Under the pieces are notes generated by a model. That model searched no databases, was not told where the DNA came from, and saw only the letters and a program-made list of their open reading frames with translations. Shown here one piece after another: positions 1 to 11,751 of a stretch of DNA of 64,000 nucleotides. The stretch lies in the NCBI RefSeq assembly GCF_963921235.1, contig NC_086097.1:84570001-84634000 (forward strand). Direction: 5' to 3'. Every line of letters begins with the position of its first letter. Within the stretch, counting starts at the first letter, position 1. Both the position numbers and the translations under genes were made by a program. Source of the stretch: Mobula hypostoma. Taxonomy: Eukaryota.

Positions 1-597
1 CTTTTGTTTGTGTCCCATAGATAAAGACCAAGGAACTGATTGTAGACTTCAGGAGAGGAAAAATAGAGGATCATTGGAGGATCAGAGGTAGGGAGAGATA
101 GCAACTTTAAATTCTTTGGTGTTACCATTTCAGAGGACATATCCTGGACCCAGCATGTACATTCAATTGCGAAGAAAGCACAGCAATGCCTCTACTTCCT
201 TACGAGCCTGCAAAGAATTGGCATGTCATCAAACACAATCACAAAGTTCTATAGATGTGTTGTGGAGATTATATTGATTGGCTGTATCATGGCCTGGTAT
301 GGAAACACCAATGTCTCTGAATGGAAAATCCTACACAAGGTCGTGGATTTGATCCAGTGCATAACAGTAAAGCGCTGCCAACTATTAAGAACATCTACAT
401 GAAATGCTGTCATAGGAAAACAACATCCGTCAGAGATCCTCACTACCCAGGCTATACTCATTTTTCACTGCTGCTATCAGGTAGAAGGTACAAGAGCCTC
501 AGGACTTGCACCACCAGGTTCAAGAAGAGTTACCACCCTTCAACCATCAGGCTTTTGAACATAAGGGGATAGCTACACTCACTTGCCCAGCCATTGA
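1..597 (+). mobile_element. Rex1/Babar-type LINE, decayed 3' ORF end; its 3' UTR continues at ~1046-1100 and ~1627-1745 after two nested insertions
   Basis: Translates across stops to KTKELIVDFRR...FKFFGVTISEDISWTQH...FYRCVVEIILIGCIMAWYG...HFSLLLSGRRYKSLRTCTTRFKKSYHPSTIRLLN, the typical Rex1 C-terminus. Confidence 0.85.
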
Positions 598-851
598 CCA
601 TAAGACCATAAGATATAGGAGCAGAAGAAGGCCATTTGGCCCATTGAGTCTGCTCCACCATTCAGTCATGGGCTGATCCAATTCTTCCAGTCATCCCCAC
701 TCCCCTGCTTTCACCCCATACCCTTTGATGCCCTGGCTAATCAAGTACCTATCTATCTTTGCCTTAAATACACCCAATGACTTGGCCTCCACAGCAGCTC
801 ATGGCAACAAATTCCACAGATTTACCACCCTCTGACTAAAGTAATTTCTCC
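598..851 (-). mobile_element. CR1-clade (HER1-like) LINE 3' end
   Basis: (CCATAAGA)n tail, then GGAGCAGAA..GGCCATTTGGCCCATTGAGTCTGCTCC and AATTCCACAGATTTACCACCCTCTG (antisense QRVVNLWN). Confidence 0.85.
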
Positions 852-1100
852 AAGTATATTCGTAGTTGCTTGGATGCAACAGGCAGCTGTGGAATTCCTA
901 CAAAATAGATATATAGAACGCAACTGGGTGACCAAAAACCATCATAGAAATTCACAAAATTTATAATATTGAAAACAACTCATTTTGTAATTTACCCTCT
1001 GGTCAAGTAAATATTCCTGGTCGCATGTCATCTTGTTCTCATTGAGATGTTCCCACAACTAATGATTTCACTTTAAGGACTCTTTATCTTGTTATTTCAT

Positions 1101-1626
1101 CAGAATCAGAATCATGTTTATTATCACTGGTATGTGACATGAAATTTGTTAACTTGGCAGCAGCAATTCAATGCAATACATAATCTAGCAGAGGAAAAAA
1201 ATGATAAATAAAATAAAAAAAGTAAATCAATTATATATATTAAATAGATTTTAAAAATGTGCAAAAACAGAAATACTGTATATTTTTTTAAAAAGTGAGG
1301 TAGTGTCCAAAGATTCAATGTCCATTTAGGAATCGGATGGCAGAGGGGAAGAAGCTGTTCCTGAATCGCTGAGTGTGTGCCTTCAGGCTTCTGTACCTCC
1401 TACCTGATGGTAACAGTGAGAAAAGGGCATGCCCTGGGTGCTGGAGGTCCTTAATAAAGGACACTGCCTTTCTGATACACCGCTCCCTAAAGATATCCTG
1501 GGTACTTTGTAAGCTAGTACCCAAGATGGAGCTGACTAGATTTACGACCTTCCTCAGCTTCTTTTGGTCCTGTGCAGTAGCCCCTCCATACCAGACAGTG
1601 ATGCAGCCTGTCAGAATGCTCTCCAT
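1101..1626 (-). mobile_element. Rex1/Babar LINE 3' fragment nested in another Rex1 3' UTR
   Basis: ORF 1315-1626 ESILTGCITVWYG...HPGHALFSLLPSGRRYRSLKAHTQRFRNSFFPSAIRFLN; (CAGAAT)n tail at 1101-1112. Confidence 0.9.
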
Positions 1627-2229
1627 GGAAGTGATATTATTTATTGATATTTATTTATATTTGCATTTGCATGGTTTATTGTCTTCTGGTTGATCTTTCA
1701 TTGATCCTGTTGCAGTTACTATTCTACAGATTTGTTGAGTAAGCTCATGAAATTCTGTTTGCTAAATCACACCTGCTCCAGCCACAGGCAGAGATGAAGT
1801 TACTTTATTGCTGCTGGTGCTGCTCATACCTGGTGCTCAGCACGACAGAACACAAAGAGAAATCAACATTTTTGAAGAATGTTGTCTTCTCCATAGCTTC
1901 ATCGGAATGTATCAGCTGGATCAGCCAATTGTGCTAAATGCTCTGTCTACTCCACCAAGCATTCCCACAAGTGTGTAATTCTATTCAAAACTAGAATTTA
2001 GCAGGACACTCACTGATACTGAAACCTAGACTTAATCAACACTTTCCAAGATTCTTCCCACTTCATGTCACAATCAAATGAAAAATCTAGCTAACGGCTT
2101 GCACGGCTACTGGCACCCAATACACTCTGCTGAATGAGTGCTCATCTGGCACGCCCCAAGCTCATTAAATGGCAAAATACATTCCTTTCACTCTGCAAGG
2201 TAATGCATGACAGAATATAGGAATTCTGC

Positions 2230-2400
2230 AGCTGTCTGTTCTCTCCGTGACTGCATGGATTTCCTCCAGGTGCTCTAGTTTTCTCCTACATTCCAAAGAC
2301 GTACAGGTTAAGTAGGTTGATTGGTCACACGGATGTAATTGGATCATGCAGGCTCGTTGGCCTTGGAGGGCCTGATATGTGCTGTATCTCTAAATAGATG
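2230..2400 (+). mobile_element. V-SINE (HE1-like), 5' truncated
   Basis: V-domain-like TTCTCTCCGTGACTGCATGGATTTCCTCCAGGTGCTCTAGTTTTCTCCTACA followed by a CR1-like tail GGGCCTG..TGTGCTGTATCTCTAAA. Confidence 0.75.
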
Positions 2401-2659
2401 TAAATATCAAATTTGATTCTGCATGGAGGTCTGTTATGACAGCCTCTTCAGCAGTCCACCATGGTGGCCAGCTGCTGGGCAAGACAAACCGTAGATGGAG
2501 TCTTGGAGACAATCTCAACCATGAGACTGGCCAGGAGGAGGACTGGTGACCAGGGAGGAAGGAGGGTTTAATCTGCTGAAGGAAAACTGGTAGTAGAGGG
2601 ATTGAAGGACTGGGTTGGAAACAGCATAGGTTGGAAACTCCAAAATATGCCCTTCATGT

Positions 2660-3105
2660 GCCAGGATGCTGCCTGGTTTAGAAAGTATGCATTATGATCA
2701 GAGATTAAGGGAGCTAGGGCTTTACTCGTTGGAGAGAAGGAGGATGAGAGGAGACATGATAGAGGTGAACAAGATAATAAGAGGAATAGATAGAGTGGAT
2801 AGCCAGCGCCTCTTCCCCAGGGCACCACTGCTCAATACAAGAGGACATGGCTTTAAGGTAAGGGGTAGGAAGTTCAAGGGGGATATTAGAGGAAGGTTTT
2901 TTACTCAGAGAGTGGTTGGTGTGTGGAATGCACTGCCTGAGTCAGTGGTGGAGGCAGATACACTAGTGAAGTTTAAGAGACTACTAGACAGGTATATGAA
3001 GGAATTTAAGGTGGGGGCTTATATGGGAGACAGGGTTTGAGGGTCGGCACAACATTGTGAGCCGAAGGGCCTGTACTGTGCTGTACTATTCTATGTTCTA
3101 TGTAC
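2660..3105 (+). mobile_element. CR1-clade LINE 3' end (young copy)
   Basis: ORF 2666-3040 YDQRLRELGLYSLERRRMRGDMIEV..TRGHGFK..FFTQRVVGVWNALP..FKRLLD; (TTCTATG)n tail. Confidence 0.92.
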
Positions 3106-4199
3106 CCTTCAGGTACAGCTAGAAGAGCATTGCAAGCCAGGTATAGGGAAAACTGGCAATACTACATAAATGAGACTAATGGTTAGATTCTTGAGCAGGC
3201 AAGAAAGTCTGAACCTGCTGGCATACATTGCTGTGACTTTCACAATAGTAATGTAACTTAGAGCCTTGCAGAGGATGAACTTTCATAACCACCCATCTCT
3301 GATCTTCGGCATTTACCCATTGGAAACTGGCAAAGAAAATCCTCAACTCCATCCAGTCCAATTGACCTGGACATCTTTTTATGCTTTTATATATTCTTAA
3401 TTTTAGTTTTAAAAATTGGCAATCAATTTACAATTTTACAATCATTTTTGAATGTTTTAACATTTCTGAAAAATTCAAAACTCCTAATATGCCAGTTAAG
3501 GCTAGGGACGTGGCTACAACAAATTCTCCCCCAATATATATTTTTGCAACCCCCCTCTTACCCAACTGCACAAAGCCTCACTGGGAAGTCAACACAAGCA
3601 AGGTGCCAAAAACAATGTTTACTTAACCTGTAAATCAGAACTAAATTGCAGGCAGGATTTTGGCAACTGCTTATGATCCAACATGGGTTCATTCCTGTAG
3701 TGTGATGCTGACGAGTCTTGGAAGTGTTTTCTGACCTCCAAATATCCCCGTATATGTTCCTTGGCTGATAGTTCTACCAATTAGTAGGCTGGCTACTTCT
3801 ATCATTTATTTAACAAGGATTTGCAGCTGATCTCCACATTTTAGTAGTCTCATTTTAGTGGTAGAACAATATAAACAGTTTCATCTGCCAAGGTCAACTA
3901 GATAATAAACCAGATGTCAAATACTTACGCTCAACATCCTAAAAAGAGTGATGCTCTCTGTGTGTTTGGACAAGAAGATAATTTTGGAAACATAACATTT
4001 AAAGAAATGAAGACCTTGCTATAATTATATATGCTATCGAAATGTACTGTAGTTATTTGATGGCGTTGTGATATGCAAAACATCTTACAACTTGTTAAAT
4101 AATTTTAATCTGTAGTTGCAGCTGCAAGTCTAGAAAATCTTCCATTTGCTTAGATCTCGGAAATAATGATCAGATAATACGTTTTAGTGTTGAAGGTGA

Positions 4200-4560
4200 A
4201 GAACATAGAAAATAGAAGTAGAAGTGGGCTATTCAGTCCTTGAAGCCTACATGGCCGTTCAACATAATTGTGGCTGATCCTCCAAAGTTGGTCCCTTCTT
4301 CCTGCTTTCTCCCCATTTTACTTGATCTTTTTAGCTGTTAGAATCACACATAACCCCTTCTTGAATTATGATTTAATCTCTGCTGCCTGAGCTGCCTTAC
4401 AACGTTGGGTAACAATCAATTGCTAAAACCTTGGATGCAATTTTTTTCCTATCATGTATGACACATACACACTGTTGTGCAGTTATTTGCAAAAATCCCA
4501 GAGATTCACCAATCTCTGGGGAAAATTGATTTCTCATATCAGTCCAAAATGGCTCCTCTG
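4200..4560 (-). mobile_element. Degenerate CR1 LINE 3' end
   Basis: GAACATAGAAAATAG tail; AATCCCAGAGATTCACCAATCTCTGG matches antisense QR.VNLW. Confidence 0.6.
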
Positions 4561-4639
4561 AATCCTTGGCTCTGGGATTGGAAGACTAGATACAAGAAAG
4601 CTGTTTCCATTGGTGAGGAGGTGTGCGTTTCATGATAAT

Positions 4640-5495
4640 CTCTTGGTGGTGCTCTGATATGATGGATTTGTCGAACTCGTGTTCCCCCAACTTGGAACAC
4701 CTAACGGTCAAATGCTCTCCATTCTAATTAGATAGGGAATTCTCATCTGTGATCCTTGCTGGAGTGTACATGCCACCAGAGGCTGACAATAATTAAGCGT
4801 TCGTGACACTGCATGATGACATCTCCAAACAAGAAACAGTGCATCCCGATGTATTTCAAATCATAGTTGGGGATTTGAACTAGACTTGTTTGAAGAAAAC
4901 CCTGTCCAATTACCATCAACATATAACCTGTAGCATCAGAAGTCCCAGCATGCTAGACCACTGTTATATTAAGATAGGAATATTTACCGTTCCATGCTCA
5001 GACTGCATTTTGGTAAGGTGGATTACTTGGCTGCCCTTCTCCTACATGCGTGCAGGCAGAGGACAAAGAGGAATGCTCAGAAGATTAGACAACAAAAAGG
5101 TGGTCGCGGGATGCAGAAGAGCGGCTATAGGATTGCTTCGAGTCAGTGGACTGGGCTGTGTTCAAAGATGCGTATGAGGATCTGAATGAATACACCATGG
5201 TTGTTTACAGACTTTGTTAAAACAGCTGTAGATGAGCGTGTCCCCACAAAATAATTCAGAATCTTCCCCAATCAGAAGCCCTGAGTGAACCATGAGATCT
5301 GAAATTGACTGAGAGCCAGATAAGAGGCGTTCTGGTCTGGTGACCGAGAAAGTTACATGAGGTCCAGGTATGATTGCAGAAAGCCATTTCATGGGCGAAG
5401 TGGCAATTCCAGATCAACCTTGAATCAACGAAGGATGCTCGACAGTTGTGGCAGGGCTTGAATACTATCACCTCTTATAAAGTTAAATCAAGTGA
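4640..5495 (+). mobile_element. Rex1/Babar LINE, endonuclease C-terminal part and linker; continues at 7100-7315
   Basis: LEHLTVKCSPF..REFSSVILAGVYMPP..IIVGDLN..YHQHITCSIR..LDHCY (APE endonuclease motifs); after the CR1 insertion it resumes with ASLPDEFNAFYARFD. Confidence 0.8.
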
Positions 5496-5792
5496 AATTT
5501 TGGAGTACAAAGCTTGTATGTGATATTGAGGCCCTGGTTAAGAAAAAAAAGAGAGGTGCATTGCAGCTATAGAGAGGTGGGAACAATTGAGCATAAGAAA
5601 TGCTGTAGAACACTTACAAAGGAGTCAGGAGGGCTAAAAGAAGGCCTGAAGTTGCTCTGGCGGACAAGGTGAAGAAGAATCTTAATGGATTCTACAGAAA
5701 TTTTAAGAGCCAAAGGATTGCAAGGGACAAAATTGGGCTTCCGGAAGATCAAAATGATAGTCCATGTGTGGAGCCAAAAGAGATGGGGAAGA

Positions 5793-5826
5793 TCCTGATG
5801 AAGGGTCTCGGCCCGAAACGTCGACT
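5793..5826 (+). ncRNA. Minimal type-I hammerhead ribozyme motif (PLE-associated)
   Basis: CTGATGA-A-GGGT/GCCC stem II-GAAAC-GTC-GACT; 5' strand of stem I partly replaced by target DNA. Confidence 0.75.
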
Positions 5827-5923
5827 GTACCTCTTCCTATACATGCTGCCTGGTCTGCTGCATTCACCAGCATTTTTTATATGTGTTGCTTGAATTTCCA
5901 GCACTTGAAATTTCCTCATGTTT
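5795..5923 (+). mobile_element. Solo PLE pseudo-LTR fragment with hammerhead motif, flanked by a 9-bp TSD
   Basis: GGGAAGATC at 5786-5794 and 5924-5932; sequence matches the PLE 3' ends at 14673-14768 and 21731-21863. Confidence 0.85.
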
Positions 5924-7099
5924 GGGAAGATCTTAAATCCGTTTTTGCATCTGTATTTACTTAGGAGACAGATACAGAGTCTATGGAAATGAAGCAAAGC
6001 GGCATCAGCTTCATGGACTATACAGATTACAGATGAGGAACTGTTTGCTGCTTTTGATGCCAAAGTGGTAGTAGATGGTTGCCTCTCTGACTGGAGGCCT
6101 GTGATTAGTGGAGTGCCGCAGGGATCGGTGCTGGGTCTGTTGTTGTTTGTCATCTAAATCAATGATCTGGATGATAATGTGGTTAACTGGACCAACAAAT
6201 TTGCAGATGACACCAAGATTGGGAGTGTAGTGGACAGCAAGGAAGACTATCATAGCTTGCAGCGGGATCTGGACCAGCTGGAAAAATGGGCTGAGAAATG
6301 GCAGATGGAATTTAATGCAGACAAGTGCGAGGTGTCGCACTTCAGTAAGACCAACCAGAGCAGGTCTTACACAGTGAATGGTAGGGCTTTGAGGTGTGTG
6401 CTTGAACAAAGGGATCTGGGAATACAGGTCCATAATTCATTGAAAGTGGTGTCACAGGTAGGCTGATAGGGATGTAAAGAAAGCTTTTGGCACATTAGCC
6501 TTCATAAATTAAAGTATTGAGAACAGGAGATCGGATGTTAAGCTGAAGTTGTATAAGATGTTGGAGAGACCTAATTTGGAGTATCATGTGCAGTTTTGGT
6601 TGCCTACATACAGGAAAAATGTAAATAAAGTTGAACAAGTACAGAAAAAATTTACAATACTGTTACAGGATCTGGAGGACCTGAATTATATGGAAGGATT
6701 GAATAGGTTTGGACTTTATTCCTTCGAACACTGAAGTTTGAGAGGAGAATTGATAGTGGTGTACAAAATCATGTGGGGTATAGATAGGATAAGTGCAAGC
6801 TGGCCTTTTCCACTGAGGCTGGGTGGGACTACAACCAAAGGTCATGGGTTAAGGGAGAAAAGTTTAAGGAAAACATGAAGGGAAACTTCTTCACTCAGGG
6901 GATCATGAGAGTGTGGAACAAGTTGCCAGCACAAGTAGTGCATGCGAGCTCAAGTTCAACATTTAAGAGAAGTTTGGATAGGTACATGGATGGTAGGGGT
7001 ATGGAGGGCTTTGGCCCAGTGCAGAGCAATGGAAGTAAACAGTTTAAATGGCTCAGCACAGGACCTGTTTCTGTGCCGTACTTTTCTCTGACTCTATGA

Positions 7100-7315
7100 G
7101 CCGGTGATATAGGATACAGCAAGGCTTCACTTCCGGATGAGTTTAATGCCTTCTATGCTCGCTTTGACCATCAAAAGACAGAAGCAACATCACAGACTCC
7201 CACATCCCCTGATGATCCTATGATTACAGTCTCTGAAACCCTCGTGCGAGTAGCCTTCAGGAGGGGGAGCCCAAGGAAAGCCCAGATGGGGTACCTGGCC
7301 ATGTGCTGAAACCAT
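7100..7315 (+). mobile_element. Rex1/Babar LINE continuation
   Basis: GDIGYSKASLPDEFNAFYARFD...PRKA.DGVPGHVLK. Confidence 0.75.
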
Positions 7316-8107
7316 GCTGAGAATTATTCAAGAAAGGGAGGGGGAAAATCTTTACTTGAAAAGGGGAAGAAACTTGCTAGCCCACCAAGGTATCTGGGAA
7401 GATTGGCATAGCAGAAGCAAATGTGCCCAAGTTATTGAAGGTCAATCAGAATACATCAGGAGGTAATGCAGCTGGTGGTTTAGTGACCCAATCAGGCCAA
7501 TACTCATGGTTTTAAGTCCATTCTCAATCTCTTTTTTGGTACAGAGTCACTATTCCACACAGAGAGATTAAGCTGAGCCTGCTAATAAGTCTTGCAATCG
7601 TATGATGGCAATGCCCTGCCTCACCTTGGCCACTTCTCCACTACACCTCCAACCATATGTGTTTCTCTACCAAAATTTTTGTTCACCTTTGCTCTCACTC
7701 ATTTCAGATTCCTGGTATAACTTTGTGGGATCATTGTAACAGAGTCACTCATTGATTGCCAAGACATGACTCTAGTGATCTAATAGTCTAAGTATCTCCA
7801 GCTCACGTATAACTGTGTAATATAATTGGAGTATTGCAAATGGAAAGCAATCAGCATTCAATGAGAAAACATGAAATTTTAAGCTATACTGCACAGCACA
7901 CACAGAGAAGTTGAATCTTACTCAAGAAGGGATTACAGGTGAGGAAAAGGGATGAATGAAAAAAATTATGGAAGTGTAATACTGTCAGAAAGCATGTCAA
8001 CTGAATAGAACTCACTTTCTAGATTCGGAAAATGCATCCATGGTGCTGATGCTAAGTCAGGCAACACAGAAATAGTCCCTTCATTATATTCTGCTGATCT
8101 GATCCAC

Positions 8108-8720
8108 CTAGCACTCAGCTCTCACCTGTGGCTCCCCGTAGCTGTTTGCATGCGACAGCGGCCACACCCCGGGCAACGGCTTCGACAAGCCGGCTAAACC
8201 AGGTGAGGGTAGCCGACGGGTCTCAAACCCTCGGTGAGATAGGGAGTTGTCTATCCCAGCATGTGAAGACAGACTCCGGCTGACTGAGCGGACAAGACCA
8301 ATAGAAGGTCCAATGGTCAAGAAGGCAGTCTCTGCAAGCATTGTGGAGTGTGTAGAGCACGACAAGACACAGAAGATATCCTGGTCATTCACTGTGCCTA
8401 GTCCCATCTCCAGCCGTCTCGACTCTTGTCTTGCTGCTGTACCCAGATGGGAATTGGGAAGAGAAAGTGAGGTTGACGCTGTGCAACTCTCCCTCACTTA
8501 AATCCAAATCAAGCGCTAGTCTCGACACCATCAATGCCAGCTTGTGGCGTGGTGGCATCAGCGCTGGACTTCGGTGCAAGAGGTCCCGAGTTCGAATCCA
8601 GCCGGCTCCCTTTCACGCTATCCATCCCTGCTGCGTTGAGTGTCAAACTAGCAACTCGACCTTGTAAAAGGAGTACTAATGGTGTTGAGGTCTTTATCGA
8701 TGACGATGGACGAACCTTAT
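8108..8720 (+). mobile_element. Non-autonomous RTE-related element (RTE 5'-UTR-like), interrupted by a SINE
   Basis: GC-rich structured 5' part with AAACCCTCGGTGAGATAGGG..GAAGACAGACTCC resembling RTE 5' UTRs; split hairpin CTCGACACCAT...ATGGTGTTGAG; TA-rich tail at 8718-8730. Confidence 0.55.
8536..8680 (+). mobile_element. tRNA-derived SINE (tRNA-Arg(TCG)-like head, RTE-type body)
   Basis: A-box-like TGGCGTGGTGG, anticodon arm GGACTTCGGT, B-box GAGTTCGAATCC; body GTTGAGTGTCAAACTAGCAACTCGACCTTGTAAAA resembles an RTE 5'-UTR motif. Confidence 0.7.
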
Positions 8721-8749
8721 ATATATATATAACCTTATATTGTTACATT

Positions 8750-9197
8750 ATTACAAGGTTACCGGCAAGGACTCACCCAGAGTATTGTGCACAGTTTCGG
8801 TTCAGTTCACGTTCACTGGATTAATTCCTGGGATGAGAAAGTGTCTTATCACAAACAAGTAAGGAAACTAGATCTATATTTCTTGGAATTTAGAGGAACG
8901 AGGGGTGATTTTATGGAAACATACTGCATTGTGACTGACTAGATGTTGATACGTTTCTACTAATGGAAGAATTGCAAATGAGGGGAAACAGTCTCAAGAC
9001 CGGGGGCGGCCATTTTAAACTGAGGGTGTGGAGTTATTTTCCCCAGAGAGTTATGGAATAAGATGCTGATAATTCTTTGAAAGATCATGGAATTAATGCC
9101 TATCAGCAAATTGCACAGAAGGCCTGAGAAGATCAACAACAATCATATTGATGGGGGCAAGCTCAAGGGATGAACGGCCTATTTCTCCTCCTATGTT
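8750..9197 (+). mobile_element. Degenerate CR1 LINE 3' end (target of the L1 insertion)
   Basis: GAGTATTGTGCACAGTTTCGG (EYCAQF), TTGGAATTTAGAGGAACGAGGGGTGAT, tail AAGGGATGAACGGCCTATTTCTCCTCCTATG. Confidence 0.7.
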
Positions 9198-11231
9198 TTT
9201 TTTAAAATCTTTTTATTGAGTAAGTATACAAAAAGGTAAGCCATATAGGCACTAATACACTGTTAGAATATAATAAAATTACAGGAGATATTAATACAAA
9301 AGAAATGATACAAACAATGTAATTTAAACATAACGTACCAAGGTAACATAATAGTATACTAATTTTTATATATATATATCAATAGAGAAAAGGAAAAAAA
9401 ACCCCAAAAAAACCCACCGTGCAACTAACTAAAAGCAAAGCAAAGCAATGGGCTAACTTGGAACCAAACAGAGTTAAAAAACTTAAAATCACGTCCTCAA
9501 TCCCGACGTCCATTAAAAACAGTAAAAAAAAACAAGAAGGGTATATAAATATAGAGCAAAAAAAGAGGAGAAAAAAAATTACATTAAATGAAAATATTGA
9601 ATAAAAGATCTCCAGGTCTGTTGAAATTTAAGTGAGGAATCATAAAGATTGCTTCTAATTTTCTCCAAATTCAAGCATAATATCGTCTGAGAAAACCAAA
9701 AAAAGGTAGTTGGAGCATTAAGCTCTTTCCAATGTTCTAAGATACATCTTTTCGCCATTAAAGTAAGAAATGCAGTCATTCTACGGGCTGAAGGAGAAAG
9801 ATTACTGGAAATTTTTAGGTAGTCCAAAGATAGCAGTAATAGGGTGAGGAGAGATATCTATATTCAATACCTTGGAGATAATATTAAAAGTGTCTCTCCA
9901 AAAAGTTTCCAGAGTAGGACAAGACCAAAACATATGAATTAAAGAGGCTATCTGCCCCGGACATCTATCACAAAAAGGATTAATATGAGAATAAAAGCGA
10001 GCTAATTTATCTTTGGACATATGTGCTCTATGAACAACTTTAAATTGAATTAGGGAATGTTTAGCACAGATAGAGGAAGTATTGACTAATTGTAAAATCT
10101 GCCCCCAGTCATCCACGGAAATGATAGACCCCAATTCCTGTTCCCAATCTACCCTAATCTTATCAAATGGAGCTTTCCTAAGTTTCATAATAATATTATA
10201 AATCATAGCTGATGCACCTTTCTGACATGGATTAAGGTTAATTATAGTATCTAAAATGTATGTAGGAGGAAGCATTGGAAAAGAAGAAAGTATAGTACTT
10301 AGGAAATTTCTAACTTGTAGATATCAAAAAATGTATTCTTGATAAACTATATTTATTAGATAATTGTTCAAAAGACATAAGGGAACCATCTAAAAATAAA
10401 TCCAAAAACCGTGAAATACCCTTAGTCTTCCAAATTTGAAAAGCACGATCCGTAAAAGAGGGAGGAAAAAATATGTTACCTAAAATAGGAATCGCTAGCC
10501 CAAATTGGTTAAGATCAAAAAATTTTCTGAATTGAAACCAAATACGTAAGGTATATTTAACTATCGGGTTAGATACCTGTTTAAGGCGTTTCAAATCAAA
10601 AGGAAGAGAGGAACCTAAAATAGAGCCAAGTGTATAATCCTGAACAGATTGTAATTCCAATGCTACCCATTTAGGAATGGATAGTATATCCTGGTCAAGT
10701 AACCAAAATTTCATATGTCGAATATTAATTGCCCAATAATAAAATCTAAAGTTAGGTAATGCTAAACCTCCATCTCTCTTAGCTTTCTGTAAATGTATTT
10801 TACCCAGTCTCGGGTTTTTATTTTGCCAAATAAATGAAGAAATTTTTGAGTCAACTTTATCAAAAAAAGAGTTTGGAACAAAAATTGGTAATGCTTGAAA
10901 TATATATAAAAATTTTGGCAAAAAAAACATCTTAACTGCATTAATACGACCAATCAAAGTTAAATATAAAGGAAACCATTTTGATGAAAGTTGAATAATA
11001 TGGTCAATTAAGGGTAAAAAGTTAATCTTAAATAAATCTTTGTATTTACAAGTAATTTTAATCCCAAGATATGAAAAATAATTATTAATTAATTTAAATG
11101 GAAAGTTATGATATAAGGGAAGTTGTTTATTAATCGGGAAAAGTTCACTCTTACTAAGATTTAATTTATAACCTGAAAAAAGACTAAATTGTGCTAATAG
11201 CTCTAAAACGGCAGGAATGGATTTTTGAGGA
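9198..11231 (-). mobile_element. L1-clade LINE, 5'-truncated ORF2 (RT C-terminus, zinc knuckle) with AATAAA and poly(A)
   Basis: FSGYKLNLSKSE..GRINAVKMFFLPKFLYIFQALP..GGLALPNFRFYYWA..CDRCPGQIASLIHMFWSC; frameshifts; TSD TCCTCCTATGTT at 9186-9197 and 11232-11243. Confidence 0.93.
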
Positions 11232-11243
11232 TCCTCCTATGTT

Positions 11244-11410
11244 AACACGTGGAAACCGCAGATGCTGGAATTTCAAGCAACACACATAAAAATTGCTGGT
11301 GAATGCAGCAGGCCAGGTAGCATCTCTAGGAAGAGGTACAGTCTTCGTTTTGGGCCGAGACCCTTCGTCAGGACTAACTGAAAGAAGAACTAGTAAGAGA
11401 TTTGAAAGTC
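11244..11410 (-). mobile_element. PLE pseudo-LTR fragment with mutated hammerhead
   Basis: Reverse complement AGTCCTGACGAAGGGTCTCGGCCCAAAACGAAGACT (11340-11375) plus the GATGCT..CACCAGCAATTTT tail. Confidence 0.85.
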
Positions 11411-11750
11411 TGTCTAGGTACCATATCCAATGCGGACATTGGTGACCATGGTTTTCCATATAGATCTAACCCTCGTTCTTTGGATGACTTCCATTTCCTC
11501 GATGTGTAGCCATCTGGCTAGGCTTTTGATGTATATAAGCCGAGGTCTTCCTCTAGGTTTGCTCCCCTCAATCTTTCCAGAGAGTATGAGTTTTTCTAGT
11601 TCATCTTTCTGCATGATGTGTCCTAGGAATCTGAGTAGTCTTTCTCTTATTGTTGGTATGAGTGATCGAACTCCTATGTTACAATCAGTTAAACTGTGGG
11701 CAGTGAGCAAGTGTTCTCGCCTGAACTTGTGAAAATGATATCTCTTATGG
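11411..11750 (-). mobile_element. RTE-clade LINE 3' end
   Basis: ORF 11414-11710 IRERLLRFLGHIMQKDELEKLILSGKIEGSKPRGRPRLIY..RSIWK. Confidence 0.88.
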
Positions 11751-11751
11751 G

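Larger units (their letters stand above)
5540..7098 (+). mobile_element. CR1 LINE ORF2 fragment (internally deleted) with 3' tail, nested in Rex1
   Basis: VKKNLNGFYRN; SGVPQGSVLGLLLF; KFADDTKIG..LQRDLDQLEKWAEKWQMEFNADKC; RPNLEYHVQFW; FFTQGIMRVWNKLP. Confidence 0.9.

Noticed and set aside
8536..8610. Functional tRNA gene
   Set aside because: Poor acceptor and anticodon stem pairing; runs directly into a SINE body
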